Below are positions 35,448 to 48,400 of a DNA stretch of 64,000 nt, piece by piece. Position 1 is the first letter of the stretch. Every line of letters begins with the position of its first letter. The notes under the pieces were generated by a model. It did no database searches and was not told the DNA's origin. It saw only the letters and a program-made list of their open reading frames with translations. The stretch is taken from positions 7,408,743-7,472,742 of the forward strand of contig CAJINV010000002.1 of NCBI GenBank assembly GCA_905178155.1, read 5' to 3'. The translations under genes and the position numbers were made by a program. The DNA comes from Amoebophrya sp. A120 (Eukaryota; Protista; Dinoflagellata).

Positions 35448-38288
35448 TCAATACGCTGCTGGCCTTCCCATCGTTACGTTCGGCACGCCAGTATTATTGT
35501 AAGAATTCAAGGGATAATTCGGAGGGGGATAATTTGTATTTGGGTTGTAGGGAGATAGTATGATGGGGCCAGCGGGTAAGTGATTACTCGAATTTGACGT
35601 AGCAGTACCTGATGTAGCACTGACATGATTTTGGTCTGGTCCTTGGTCGTGACCCCCGAAGCCTTCGCCTCCCCATTTTGTGGCGGGATCGGGGTCCTCG
35701 CCTTCGAAATTGTGACTCGGTGGCCCACCTGGAACCTGCGACATTCCGTACTGAACGTGGTACAGACCCGCGTTCTGGTTCGCGTTTCCATGCGTATGTT
35801 GCATTTGGTTATTGTACGTCATCGGCCCTCCGTTCAACATCATCTCTTTCTGGTACGATTGCGGACCCAGAGTGGTCAAGGGCTTCTTGTTGAAATTTGG
35901 GTTGCAGCAAGCACACACGGCGTACCCCGCACCGTACAGCACTGCGGCAGCGGCAACGCAGGCACAGACACAGCAAAAAAGTACCACCAACACGATTACC
36001 AGAATTACCGCCCAATGGGTGTCGTTGCCATCTCCATCCGGCTCGTATTTCAAGCAAGTCCACGCCCAGGGAAGGTAGTCTTGCTGGTAGGGGAAGTCGT
36101 AGGCTGAGGTGATCTGGCGAGTTTGATTAATCGTGATTCCACCATTAGTACTTGTGGCCCCTGGCTGTAGGGATGGAGAGGAACCGGGTGAAGGAGGTGC
36201 CGCTGGGCCGACTATGCTTCTAGCCGCGTCCACCTGCTTGTCGGCTAGATAAAAGTACCGATGTCCAAAACCTGCAACATTACTACCGGACCCTGTGACA
36301 TTTTCGTGGAGCCAGTGCTTGGTTTCTGTGTAATTCGTCAGCATCACAGCGAAGCCTTTGTGCAGATGCTGTCTCAGCAAGTATTGAAAAACTGTTGCTT
36401 TTGATGCTGCCTGTGAAGTAGAGCCCGACGCGTTTGTCTCTCCTGAGCTGTTCATGACTTTTCGCAAGTCTTCGAGCACGATGCGCTGCGTTGCTGAGTC
36501 GTAATGAGGTCCCACATTATTCGAGGTCAGGCCTGGTGAAGATGAACCACTTGTAACCGCGGAGCCTTGAGAAGTGCCTACCATGCCGGATTCCGCATCA
36601 GAGACGACCGCCTGTTTCAGTGCGTCTCCAAAAAGCTCCTTAAACACTCGCGCATCGTCCGTCAAGTCCATAGCAAGCGGAAAGGAAACCACATCGAGCA
36701 CTCTCGAGGACCTTACACCGTGTTGGGGTTGAAAAGCATCCAGCGGCGTGGCGATAACACGGACATTCACAGGGTCGGAGAGAATTTCCTGCACGATTGC
36801 AATCTCTTCAGCTGTTGTGCCGCTCTGATCCATCGGATCATTTTCAGTTTCTGTTCTCCCTGCGAGAGAAATGTCACTCATGGTCTCCGCTATCAATGCG
36901 GATACATTTGTGATATTCAACAAGGGCACCCAGCGACAGTTTTCGCGGATGGAAGCTGTGCGTCTCACCTCGCACTCGTTGCGCAGGACTTTCCGTCCGC
37001 GGCGAGCATAGAACGTGTTTTGGAGTGGCTTCACTAGCGGGCTGCGAAAACGGTCTCGGAAGTGCGCTTGCTGCGGCCAATCATTCTGCGCTGAAAGGTC
37101 ATTAAGCGGAAACTCCGTTGGGCCCCGGGGGACGCTGTATTCGTGTACGACGTTTGACGTCGTTGCACCAGCCCCCTCCGCGATCACGCGTCTCTGCGCA
37201 AACAAATCCAGCAACTTGGACGGCCACTCCCACAACTCTGGGAACCAGGAGCGAAGCGTGTCGGTAGTAAACACTTCGTTGACAGCTTTCTCGCTGAAGT
37301 AGATCCGCGCAAATTCTTCTTGCGAGAACTCGATCGGCGCCCGAGGGGTGTTCGCGATCCGCAGTCCGCCGATGCTCAGATCTGCGCCTCGGGCGGGGAT
37401 CCGGGTTCGCGCGGTTGGAGTGCTGGTGGCCCATGTGGAGCTACTGCCACTTGATGACGACGACGACAACGTACTAGATGAAATAGTTGTCAGATTCGTC
37501 ATTTTTTCTGCCATCGAGGTTTCTAAGTAGAACTCGTCGCACCAAGTCGTCATGAGGCCATCATCCGCGGAATACAAACCTCCTGCGCCCGAATCCCCTC
37601 TTGCTCCAGTGCGGCAGTACCACGGGACGCCTCCCGCCGCCGTCGCATCCAATGGGGCCGCCGCACCTTCAGCCATGGAGAAAGGGTACCGGCGGCACGA
37701 AAACAGAAAGTCGTCGTCCGGATGGGATGGCAGTGGGTTATTTCTACTCTGTTGGGTTGCCGCTGGACTTTCACTTTTCTGATAAACGCCCGTAATCGTC
37801 GGATGCTGTCCCACATGTTGCCCCGTTGCGCCCGACGACGAGAATGAAGCTCCGGCTGTCCTCGCAGTGTGGTTGTAGTCTAGCAAAGAGTACTTGTACG
37901 GGGTCGCTGCCACATTATCAGAAAAGATTCCAAATTCGCTATGTGCCAACAGGCCCTGGACGCACTTGCGCTCGATAGTATCTGTTTCCCCGCCTGTCGA
38001 AGCTGGTGTTAGCCTGTCCCAGACCCACTCTTCGAAGACACGACAGGAGGGATGGAAGGCATTCATAGCATTGCTCGCGTCCGAGTGGTCGGTTTTCCGG
38101 TCTTGAATGATGACGCCACTTTTGGCTAAGTCCGACCGCAGCGAGATGTTGAGGCCGCTGAGATTGGAGGGGGGTTGCGCGTCCACGTATGGTAACGACG
38201 CCAAATGTATGAAACCGTAGAAAATGGTAAATGTTGAGTGGAGAACAAGGCCACTACCCAAAAATCGCTTACGCAAGGTCAACGCCAT
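35448..38288 (-). CDS. Type I single-pass membrane protein (946 aa)
   Basis: Hydrophobic N-terminus ending VDA-Q; transmembrane segment WAVILVIVLVVLFCCVCAC; P/N/Y-rich tail. Confidence 0.75.
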   Translation of the reverse strand: MALTLRKRFLGSGLVLHSTFTIFYGFIHLASLPYVDAQPPSNLSGLNISLRSDLAKSGVIIQDRKTDHSDASNAMNAFHPSCRVFEEWVWDRLTPASTGGETDTIERKCVQGLLAHSEFGIFSDNVAATPYKYSLLDYNHTARTAGASFSSSGATGQHVGQHPTITGVYQKSESPAATQQSRNNPLPSHPDDDFLFSCRRYPFSMAEGAAAPLDATAAGGVPWYCRTGARGDSGAGGLYSADDGLMTTWCDEFYLETSMAEKMTNLTTISSSTLSSSSSSGSSSTWATSTPTARTRIPARGADLSIGGLRIANTPRAPIEFSQEEFARIYFSEKAVNEVFTTDTLRSWFPELWEWPSKLLDLFAQRRVIAEGAGATTSNVVHEYSVPRGPTEFPLNDLSAQNDWPQQAHFRDRFRSPLVKPLQNTFYARRGRKVLRNECEVRRTASIRENCRWVPLLNITNVSALIAETMSDISLAGRTETENDPMDQSGTTAEEIAIVQEILSDPVNVRVIATPLDAFQPQHGVRSSRVLDVVSFPLAMDLTDDARVFKELFGDALKQAVVSDAESGMVGTSQGSAVTSGSSSPGLTSNNVGPHYDSATQRIVLEDLRKVMNSSGETNASGSTSQAASKATVFQYLLRQHLHKGFAVMLTNYTETKHWLHENVTGSGSNVAGFGHRYFYLADKQVDAARSIVGPAAPPSPGSSPSLQPGATSTNGGITINQTRQITSAYDFPYQQDYLPWAWTCLKYEPDGDGNDTHWAVILVIVLVVLFCCVCACVAAAAVLYGAGYAVCACCNPNFNKKPLTTLGPQSYQKEMMLNGGPMTYNNQMQHTHGNANQNAGLYHVQYGMSQVPGGPPSHNFEGEDPDPATKWGGEGFGGHDQGPDQNHVSATSGTATSNSSNHLPAGPIILSPYNPNTNYPPPNYPLNSYNNTGVPNVTMGRPAAY

Positions 38289-39280
38289 AGTAGCCCTGTA
38301 ATCAATGTCAAGGGTTTTCTACTAGTTGTGGTTCGCATTTGTTGTGGAAGTGGCACTAGAATTTCATTGAAGCTGAATCTCTCCGGTTGCTGGGGGCCTG
38401 GTGTCTCTCACTCTTACAGCCAACTCGTTTAGATGATTTTGCAATAACAACCCCACGCAACGGCTACGGCGACCGATATCAACACGAAAGCTGCCGAGGC
38501 CACGACACATTCAGGCACTGTATTGAGCTGCCGAGCCCGCCTCCAGCACATGGAGACATATCGCCACCAGGACGTGGTCAGGGCGGCATCAGAATGCTGC
38601 AAAAAAGCATGAGGTCGCTAGACTATTTTTTACGAAAATAACAAATTCAAACCTAGTTTTTGAGAAAATCGTCATGCTATCGTACTAATCTTAATCATCC
38701 CTGTATCTTCGCTGTTCGTGACGTATATTCTTCTAGGGTTGTAGACTGTACCTGGTGCGATCATGGTCAGAGAGACTGAGTTGGAAAGATTCTTAGTCAC
38801 GGTAGGCGAACGCGAATCCGAATGATTACGGAAAGTGCTACTATTTGTACGTTAATTTGAGAATCATTTTTTGTACAACTGATATACTGTTCTAAAAAAC
38901 GCTACGTTCGTTCTTGTTGTTAAAGGCTAGTAACCAAATGTGAAACACAATAAACTACAATCATATATCTTCTTTCATGGAACAAATAAAAACAAATTCA
39001 AATTTGAATTTCAACATCACGAATCTCAAAAATAGCGGCGCCATTGGAAGCGAAAGGAGTTCAGCTGCTGCAGCTTTAATACCGGTGCGTCGAAGCCATT
39101 GTTCCGGTGCACCACACTGTTGTTGTTTATATTATGTTTTGTCAGTATCGAATACGTGTAACACGTATTCGCATGGCCGCGATGTAGGAACAACAGCAGA
39201 TGATGAGAGAAAAAGGGCAAAACGACACGAAAATCAAAATCATTTACATGAAAACGGATCTATCATACTTAAGTACATAC

Positions 39281-40171
39281 CGGCCGTCCTGCAGCTCCGC
39301 CGTCGTCGGCACAATCCTCATCGAGGAGTTCTTGATCTTGTTAGAATCGCCGCCGCCGACATCGTGCCTGTTGAGGCAATGTTATCGTTGAAGCCAAACA
39401 CTACACCGACACTAGTCCTCGACAATCCGACTTGCATTTGCACTTAATTTCATAGTCGATCATGATCATGAAGCTAAACGAAGTTCTAGACCTCAAGATG
39501 CGAGGAGCAATTCTGTCAGATTCTTCAGAAGCTATCTCTTTATACTCTTTCTCTTGAAACGCCTCCGGGTCGTAGAGCAACACCGTAATTTTGAGCTCGT
39601 GCTTGGCCGCGAAGGCATCATCCATGAGCTTATGCTCCATCCCATCAATACCCCCGGCGTTGAAGGCGTCGAAGATGAAGTCCTCGACTTTGTCGTGCAG
39701 AGGGCGACCCTTCTCCTTGTTGCTGGTCGACGACGACGAGCACTATCCATATGCAAACTTCTACTCCTCGAACTCTTTGAACCACTTGACGACGCTTAGC
39801 TTTTTTCATCACTTTTCTGTTCCAACACACCTGCCGTGGCATCATGAATGCAAGCTACTATATCTTCGAGTTGTAGATATGCGTATGTATAGGAGAAAAA
39901 CAGCAAGTGCAAGAACTGCAGGGCAACGAAAGCATGACAGCATCGATCGAGGGAAATCACTACATCTCGACCTGGCTCAAAGCTGTCGAAAGCAACATTT
40001 TGCAAACGATAGCGATACCTCAGGAGCGTTTGTCGACCTCGACGCGCTTCCGGAATTGTCCACATACTTGAGGTCGTCGGCAGTGGGACTGTCCGGATAC
40101 AAGCCGGACCTGCTGAAGAGCGCTTCTTTTTCTGCCTCCGGCAGAGCATATAACTTTTTCAATAGGCTCAT
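39281..40171 (-). CDS. Hypothetical multi-exon protein (3' end unresolved)
   Basis: Three protein-like segments (MSLLKKLY.., ..PLHDKVEDFIFDAF.., ..HDVGGGDSNKIK..) bounded by frame-compatible GT/AG sites. Confidence 0.4.
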
Positions 40172-41247
40172 TTTCTGCTGGAGCTGGTCGTGCAGATGCT
40201 CTGTTGTAGTTGTTGAAAATCGCCGCGGAAACAAAATTTAAACTTTGTTCTTTCGCCGAGCAGAAGTCGTCGACTTTCTACTTCTTACCTTTGCTTCTTT
40301 TGAATCTACAAGCTTTCATGGTGTAGTTCGTTATCGTTATCCGAATAAGTAATCCGATAGTGATAGTTCGCGTTCTCGCCACGAATCGCGATAAGTTCCA
40401 CGATCATTGATATCCTCTCATTTTCACTTAGTTCGCGATTTTCGGCCGACGACAGCCAACGATTCATTGCGATTTTCGACGGCCGACGACGATTTATTAG
40501 CTATTCAAGTCGAACGAATCCATGGTAGAAGATGTAGAGTTGCTGGAACAATATGAATATTTTAGTCCACGAATTCGTTAAATTCAAATGCAAAACCAAA
40601 ACGAGAGCTAGACCATCTTTGAGGATAACAACGCACAATTCGGTACCCGCTGTTCGACTCTATTTTCAAGCCATCCCTAAACGTCAAAAGGATGACGCGA
40701 GTAGTACGTGGCTTCTCTAGTAGTACCCACATGGTATACATAGATACGGAAAAATCGTGGCTGGGGCTCTATAGAGGGCAGGGATAGCTGCTAAAAGAAT
40801 TCATTTGAAAAATAAAGACGACTACGGACGGCGCGACTCATTTGTTTAGGTCCCGATTCAGAGAGAGAAGATGAAGAACTGATACACACAGGACATATAA
40901 AATCACGTTCCTAAAGTTGGTCGTTCGTAAATTCTGAACTAGAAATACTACAGCGCTAATTTTATATTATTCTTATTTTTGTACATTTGGTTCCTTTCCT
41001 GCTTCTTGCGAACGAGGTATGATATCAAGTTGTGTAAAAGTAAACTAAAGTGAAACGACAAAGATGTAGAAAAAACAAAACAGCATCAAAACAAATTCGG
41101 AGTCTTTTCGTAAAGCGAGTGAGCTTTATGATGTTGCTGGTACGAAGCGATGAAAACGCCGACAGAGCGAGTACTTACACAATCATATTTTCCCTATGTT
41201 TTTGTGATCGAAATCCCTATGTTTTGTCTCGAGTAGTTGTAACGCTT

Positions 41248-44004
41248 TTACGCCACATGATCACCATCAGTCCGCGGACCCGGTCCCACTGCACTCGGTC
41301 GTTGCTGTTCTACCACGGAATTCGTATCGCCTCCGCTTCCAGAGCTGACTCCCTGCGCATTCGTCTGGCTCACCGGCCTCCACCAGAGCCGGGGTCGCCG
41401 GCGGTTTTGCCGGCGCTGATGCGGCTGATCCAGCTGCTGACCGGGCGGCCCGCGGCGGGACGGCTCTCCTTGCCCATGCTGTCCTTGCTGCAGCAGCGTT
41501 CCAGCACCGTTTCGGTTTCTAGCGACGAGTAATTGGTGCTCCAAGGGGGCTCGTGCTGGGGCCGGAGCGCGGACCGGCCCAGGACGATCCAGCAAAGCAC
41601 GCGCCGCTGCCTGAGTCGAAACCTGGCTTCGCAACGGCCACGCGGGCGTCGGAAGGAGCGCTCCTCCGAGGAGTGGTCGAGATGCGGTGTAATTGCACGC
41701 AAGCAACCCTGGGTTGTAGAAGCCCGTTGCTGATGTTGAACTCGCCGAAATAAAACTACTTCTACTCTCTCGCGACGTGCCGCCCCTGAGAGCCGCAGTT
41801 GCAGGTGCCGCGTCGAACTGCGGAGTGGCAGGCTGCTCCATATCCGCGCCGCGATTTTCGTAGCGCAGAGGCGCGTTTAAGAGATGCTGCTGCGGTTGCA
41901 GATCCTCAACATGTGCCGGGGTAGACGGGACAATTCTTGAAACATCTTCATCCTGCGGTGGTCCCTCACCAGCAGTTCTTGCAAGCGTCCCGATCTCGGC
42001 TAGCGGATGCGACGGCGGAATCGCAAAACCAAACGAAGTGTCCTCCGGCGATGAATATTGAGGACTCGTCGCCACACCAGGACGTCGTCCTGCAACATCT
42101 ACATTGTCTTCGGTGCCCACGCGCGACAAGGCTGCGCTTCTTCCTTCCCGTTGAAGCTCTTCGCGGCCACGATCAACGTGATCTGCACCGCTGCGCTCCG
42201 CGTCCGCCGCGTTTTCCACATTCCCGTCCTGCAGTTGTGCTTCCAGCGCCATGGCCAAAGACCGCGAGGTGGGTGGCGCCTCTTGTTCCTCGCGATTTCT
42301 TGCTCCAGAGGACCTTCTGCGAGGCGTCGACGGGGAAGATCGTTCAGAATCGAACTCATTTGACTCTACTCTTTGTTCTTCATCACTGTTCAGTGGCGGT
42401 TCTTCATCACTGTGTTCGTCAAATCCTTCATCATCATTTCCAACGTCGTCGAAGAGCAAGTCATCTTCGCTTCGGCGCTGTCGCACCAATTGCAGGTCCC
42501 CGGCAAGGTCTTCTGGCGCCGCCCCCTCCAGCAGCTCCTCCAGCCGCAACCTCCGTGCGTTGTACATGTCCACGCGGCCCGCTAGACGGTCTTCCTCCGC
42601 CAGACGGAGTAATGTTTGCACACGAGACGTGATGTCGTTGCGGGAAGGAACGAGGGAAGGTGTTACGAAAATGTTACTCGAGGAGGGCTGGATAACTGCG
42701 GCTGGTGGACGGCTGGAAGAAGACGAGGAAGTAGATTCCACAGGCAGCACTCCTGGCACCGTTTCAGATGATGTGCCGCCATTCGGACAACTCGGAGATG
42801 ATGATGAACTAGAGCTACTGCTCGACGAGGAACCCATCCCCGATCCCAATGCCGGCGGACAGAGCAAAGATCTGGGACTGGGGCTGGAGCTTGAAGACGA
42901 AGACTGCCCAACTTCGTGATGATCCTCCACATTCACTGACACCCCTCCTGTGCTGTGACTCTCCTTGCCAAACATCTGGAGGAGCAGTGATCGTTTTGCT
43001 GGTACGTCTTCTTCTGCACAGCCGTCTTCTGATCGTAGCGTTCTATTTTCTGCACCATCGTCGCGACCCTCTTTGTCGTGGCCAGCAACTGCATCTTCTA
43101 GTTTTCTCTCGTCACACGATCGCAGTTCTTGTTCTGCGACAGTTGTATCGGCCCAGCACGCTTCCTCTTCCTCCCAGAGTCTCATGAAGCCGTGCAGCAA
43201 GCGCCATTCCGCAGCTGTGTACTCGATAGGGGCTTTCAGGAGCAACTTTTTCAGCGTTTCTCCTTCTTTCTCCGAGAAATTGAAGGTGTCGACTGCGTGC
43301 TTCTCAACTTGATTGCAGGCTTGCTTTTTGACCAGAAGCTCCTGATGGCTGAGGCTCCGATCAGCCTCAGACGTATTACCCATGTGTGTGATGGTACCGC
43401 CAGCACCGTGGGGGAGCATCAGATTTCCACCCGCTGCAGGATTTGCTTGCTCCTCCTGATCACGGAAAATCGATGTCTTGGAGCTGCAGGATGAGGAGCG
43501 AAGCAGCGCTCCGGCGTCTTTACTGGTACCGATCGAAACTGTAGCCGCATCTGTCGGCGTCGTGCTGCCGGCGCTTGTGCCTCCAACACTCGACTTGGAC
43601 CCCACCCTACTTCCGAGTTTATTGCTCGCCCGGTCCTGCAAGTAGGCCTCAAACTGCCGATTGATCTGGATGTCGCTCAGGGCCTTTCCCGTCACATTCG
43701 GCTCGAGCAACCACGGCGGGGTGGCGAACACAGAAGCAGCTGCAGTTCCGCCGTTTGGGTTCCGCTGGGAAAACGCCGAAACAGAATCGCGCTGCTGCAT
43801 GGAAGAGGCGGCGAAGGGGGCGGAGGCCGCTGAGTAGGAGCTAAAAACGGAGATGGACACGGAACCGCGACAAACAACGCACTTGTGCTTGTTCTCCAGC
43901 CTATCAAAGCAGGTTTTGCACAATCCATGGCCGCACTGAGGAATGACCAACGGACGCACGTTGACACCGTCGTACTCCTCAAAACAAACCGGACAACAGC
44001 TCAT
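41248..44004 (-). CDS. N-terminal C3HC4 RING-finger protein (918 aa), putative E3 ubiquitin ligase
   Basis: CPVCFEEY..RPLVIPQCGHGLCKTC..CVVCR. Confidence 0.85.
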   Translation of the reverse strand: MSCCPVCFEEYDGVNVRPLVIPQCGHGLCKTCFDRLENKHKCVVCRGSVSISVFSSYSAASAPFAASSMQQRDSVSAFSQRNPNGGTAAASVFATPPWLLEPNVTGKALSDIQINRQFEAYLQDRASNKLGSRVGSKSSVGGTSAGSTTPTDAATVSIGTSKDAGALLRSSSCSSKTSIFRDQEEQANPAAGGNLMLPHGAGGTITHMGNTSEADRSLSHQELLVKKQACNQVEKHAVDTFNFSEKEGETLKKLLLKAPIEYTAAEWRLLHGFMRLWEEEEACWADTTVAEQELRSCDERKLEDAVAGHDKEGRDDGAENRTLRSEDGCAEEDVPAKRSLLLQMFGKESHSTGGVSVNVEDHHEVGQSSSSSSSPSPRSLLCPPALGSGMGSSSSSSSSSSSSPSCPNGGTSSETVPGVLPVESTSSSSSSRPPAAVIQPSSSNIFVTPSLVPSRNDITSRVQTLLRLAEEDRLAGRVDMYNARRLRLEELLEGAAPEDLAGDLQLVRQRRSEDDLLFDDVGNDDEGFDEHSDEEPPLNSDEEQRVESNEFDSERSSPSTPRRRSSGARNREEQEAPPTSRSLAMALEAQLQDGNVENAADAERSGADHVDRGREELQREGRSAALSRVGTEDNVDVAGRRPGVATSPQYSSPEDTSFGFAIPPSHPLAEIGTLARTAGEGPPQDEDVSRIVPSTPAHVEDLQPQQHLLNAPLRYENRGADMEQPATPQFDAAPATAALRGGTSRESRSSFISASSTSATGFYNPGLLACNYTASRPLLGGALLPTPAWPLRSQVSTQAAARALLDRPGPVRAPAPARAPLEHQLLVARNRNGAGTLLQQGQHGQGEPSRRGPPGQQLDQPHQRRQNRRRPRLWWRPVSQTNAQGVSSGSGGDTNSVVEQQRPSAVGPGPRTDGDHVA

Positions 44005-45433
44005 GCTGGGACGCGCATGTGGAGCTCCTACACGTGCTGTTCAGAAACAGAAGACAACAAGCAATTATGAAAATCCCGGTTGTATCTATCACTTGGAGCA
44101 CAAGTGCAACACTAATAGTCTGCGGCCTACATAGTGCACCAGACACGTGGTTGAGCGTGTTTGGAGGTTGATGATCTTCCGGGGGATGAGCAGTTCATCT
44201 ACACGCTCGATTTCGACGTCATCGGCAACATCTCTATCGGACTACTTTTTGGTACACTGATCACAAAAAAAGCTAAATCGGACACACACACACACACACC
44301 AGTTGCGAATGGAAAAAAGAAAAAGATCACGAACAACGTAAGACTAAGACACAATCTCGGCGATGGCGAATCCGAACGACGACGATCTGATCACAAACAG
44401 AATCACACAGCCAGAGTATCCGGGAAAGTCGCTCTTCCTTGATCGTTGTAGCGATGGCATTGAGCAGACCTTAAACGAAAACGATCATGTAATCAAAGGA
44501 AAGTGGATATGTATCGACATGAGACGATGAGCTGCGATGGCGCCACGATCTATAATCATTTTTGGATAAGTAGTACTCACACACTAAGAAAACGAATTTG
44601 GCTTCGACACCAAGACGATGACGAAGGATTCGCGATATCATGCTTACGCCCAATACACTCGTCCTCTATTGGTATTACCACACAACAGAAGTAGTAGGCC
44701 CCATCTGACAATAGTCGTCTCGTTGACACGAAATTCAACGCTGTGACTGGGACTGATGACGTCAATTTGTTTTTCTCGATTTTCTGCTTCATTTTTTCAA
44801 CATTATGTACATTTCTTATCGTAAAAGCGTTGCAAGAGTCGGAAGAGGAAGACTTTAGGCTTCAACAACGTAAGCTAAACATCTTCATCAAAAGGATAGA
44901 GTCGAAATCAACTAGCATCAATCATAAGGGTTTTGAAATTCTAAGGTCAGGAAGCTTTAATATAAGTAGTGAACTTCCCGTAATCAGGCTATCGCTACGG
45001 ATCTATTCGTTTTTAGGTGCTGTTGCTCTATTTTCTTCTTTGACGTTGTAAAAGGTAAACCAGATTCAGATGCCATCAACATAGAAAATCCAAAAAATTG
45101 CTCCTCGGCTACTTAAATACGTGAAGTAAGCTATTGAACGCGATTGAGAATCTGAGAACCAGAGAGGTGTTGCCGTTGCGTAAGTTCCACATGATTTGAA
45201 AGTCAGATTGAAAGATATGAAAATTTTGTTTCGGTAAAAAAACTTGTAGTAGATTGCCGAAACTACTTGTAACGCTAACGATTAGGATTGCAACTTTGAC
45301 TTTCAGATAAACGATCGAATGTTAAAAAGAAAACTGTTGAAACAAAGACACACACGCTAGGCAAGTGTATTCACTTGCGTAAGTACCTGCTGTGATGACT
45401 CACTCGTCCAGGTCCGCAAGAACATCAACATTC

Positions 45434-48400
45434 TTACCGAAAGAACGGGAATGCCTCGTCTGGCTCATGCGAGCCGACAGGCGGTGCGAAGGCCGGTGCT
45501 GCTGGAGCAGTAGCACCGACTCCCGTCCACCAAAAGTTCTGGGACTGAGGCGCGGTTCGCTGGTGTACAGTGCCCCGCGGACTCAGGATGAACACTTGCG
45601 GTCTTCTTGACGCCCCATTCGGATAGAAGTCCGGGGAGGAGAAGGGCATTGCCATCGGCCCCCCGCCGAAGTAGACGTCGTTAGGCTGCTGGTTGTTAAT
45701 ACCGCCAGGAGCGTAATTGTGCGAGTAATTATTCGACGCAAAGGGGATCGGCATCGGTGCAGAAGCCGTTCCGGTTGTCGGACTCAGGTTCACGACGCGC
45801 GGACGCCAGTCGTGCGGTTGCTGCCGCGCCTCTGGCCCACATGGGGGATCTTCAGGCATCGAAGCTGCCGGCTGCTGGCGCGGCGGAGAGATCTCTTGCG
45901 GTGCCGGGGGCGCATAACTAGGGACCATAGTGATCATCGGCGTTAAACCAGCGTCGTTGCTGAGATGGTTGTTGTCCGCCGTGTGATCAATACCGCTGTG
46001 GTTTCCGTTTTCGTTTAGTCCTGATGTCGGTCCGCTGCCTCCCACCACCGGCGGCCCGCCAACATCCGTAGCAGCAGAAGTTTCGGCACCGATTACTGCC
46101 ACGTTACTGGCAGAGGAAGACGCGACCGGATTTGAAAAGGTCGGAGCGTTCTGCTGTTCCCTAATCGCTCTTGCCTGCACCAGCGCCCGGGGACGGTCCG
46201 AGGTGACAACACTGTTTGAGAACGCTAGGCCACGCGCAACTGTATCGCGGATCTGCTGGTCGCGATGGTGGTGCACAGCATTTTGGTTACAACCGGGCAG
46301 TGCGTCTACGTCGATCTGCGCTTGTTCTTGAGATGCACCTGTCGCCGTTGCATTAGCTGCTGTGTGAGCTTCTCCAGGTGGAGCTGGTTCTTGCGCGAAA
46401 TCACCTGGAGCAGCTCCAGTTACAGCTGCGCTAGTGCTGTCAATAACGCCGCCATTCGCCAGCGCAGGCGGGAACCCAGTGAACAAACCAGGTGCGTTCT
46501 GGACCTGCTGCGCTTCTTGCAGATGCAACTGTGGCTCGATATTCCGAGCTGCACTCGCAACGAAGCCCCCTGGTGGTGGTGGTGGTCCTGGCAGCGCCGT
46601 CGCATTTTCGTGATTTTGCGAAAGAGGCGCAGCCGAAGCCCCCGGGGACGGGTCCAGACCTGGTGGGGTTCTGACGCGGTTCACCGGATTGAAGGGGATT
46701 TCGTGCGGCGAGGAAGCCTGGTGAGTCCATCCCTCGCGACGGTGCAGCCGTGGCGGCACGGGTCGATCCAAAGCAAAAACAGACCCGCGGCCGGCACTTT
46801 GTCCGATGGTGTTTGGCGGTCCACCTGCAGCAGCGGTACCACTTGTTCCCTGATTCGGGTAGGGCGCGATGGCAACATGAGCATGGTCTGCGTCGTGCAG
46901 TGGCTGTTCCCGGGGCGGAAGCCTTGGCGCCATTCTCCCTCCGTCTCCGGGACGGTTGAGGACCCGACTTTGCATGACCTGTGTGAGTAGATCATCAGTG
47001 CCCGGTCTGATGACCGTTCGCGCTCGTCTCTCCCGTTCACGTTCCAATGCCCGCTCCCTTCTCCGGGCAACTAGGTCGCCGCGCACCTGCTCCGGATTGG
47101 AGGCGTCGAGTAACTCGTCCAGGCGCCGCAATCTTGCGTTGTACATGTCTTCTCGACCGGCTGCGCGGTCCTCCTCCGCTAGTCGCAGAAGCGTCTGCAC
47201 ACGACTTTCGATATCCGTCCGCGCTGGAACGACAGGAGCGTTGTTTGCACCGAGGACATTTGCGCTCGTTGCTGCCGAGAGAGACGCACCATGGGCAGGA
47301 TCTCCACGCTCTTGCTCACCTTCCATTAAACCCCGCTCGTCAGTGTTCGTTGCGGGCGCAGGCGCGTTGCCACTCCGTCTACTTGCCTCCTGGTCCTGTT
47401 GCGCCGCGGAGGGCTCTTGTGAAGAAGGAACGACATCACCGTCGACATTGATCGGCACGTGAGGTACTGTCTGTGGCGAGACCGAGGCATCCGCTGATGC
47501 ACTTTGCATTTGGATTTGCTCTCGTTCCAGGGCTGGATAATTTCCGTTCGCCATGCTGCTCGCATTCTGCTGCTGATCGGCCACAAGAACGCTGCTCGCA
47601 CTTGCAGGGGCCGGTAGTGCAGAAGCATCGGCAGTTGCACAGTGTGTCACGACTGCTGTACCTGTAGAGGACGCGGCGGCCGCCGCTGGTGCAGTGCCGA
47701 ACATCTGGAAAAGCAGCGACTTGCTTTTATGCTGTTGTTCGGGTCCATCCACCGTGGCCAAGGACACAGCGGGTGGTAGTTCTGCAAGCTCTTTCATTTC
47801 AGTACTTTCGTCTTTCCAAAACACACCGCACTTACCTTGTTCCATCACCAAGAACGACGTAAACTTCTCCACTGCGCGCCACTGTTGCGCCGTCCACTGG
47901 AGCGGAGGGGCGTTTGTCGAAAGAAGGTTGGACAGCACGTCCATTTCCAAAGCTGTAAACATCGCAGTGTCCTCAACGTCACAGAGCCGCTTCCTGATGG
48001 CCTCTGTCACCTGGTGCAGTTTTTCCTGGGATTCCAGCGAAGAGGACGAAGACTGATCTTGATCGCTCGCCACCTTCGAGGAGCTTGTGGCGGACGAGTT
48101 TCTTATTCCACCTTGCGGTGGTCCCCCACCAGCCGAATTCGTGGTCGCAGAGGCGGAAGATTTTGAAGACTTTTTCGAATTGTTCCCATTTGCTCCGGTA
48201 GTTGCCCCCGCACCAGCCAGCTTCTTCTGGCGCTGTTCCTGCAAATAGGCTTCAAATTGTCGGTTGATTTGGATTCCACCACCGTCAACGGTGCTCGGCT
48301 CTGTTTCCTCCGCGCGACGTGCCGACATGGGTGCCGCGGGTCCGCGGGGAACTCTACGTAGCGGCACGCGATCTCCCCGTTCGTTAAACCAACGCGACTC

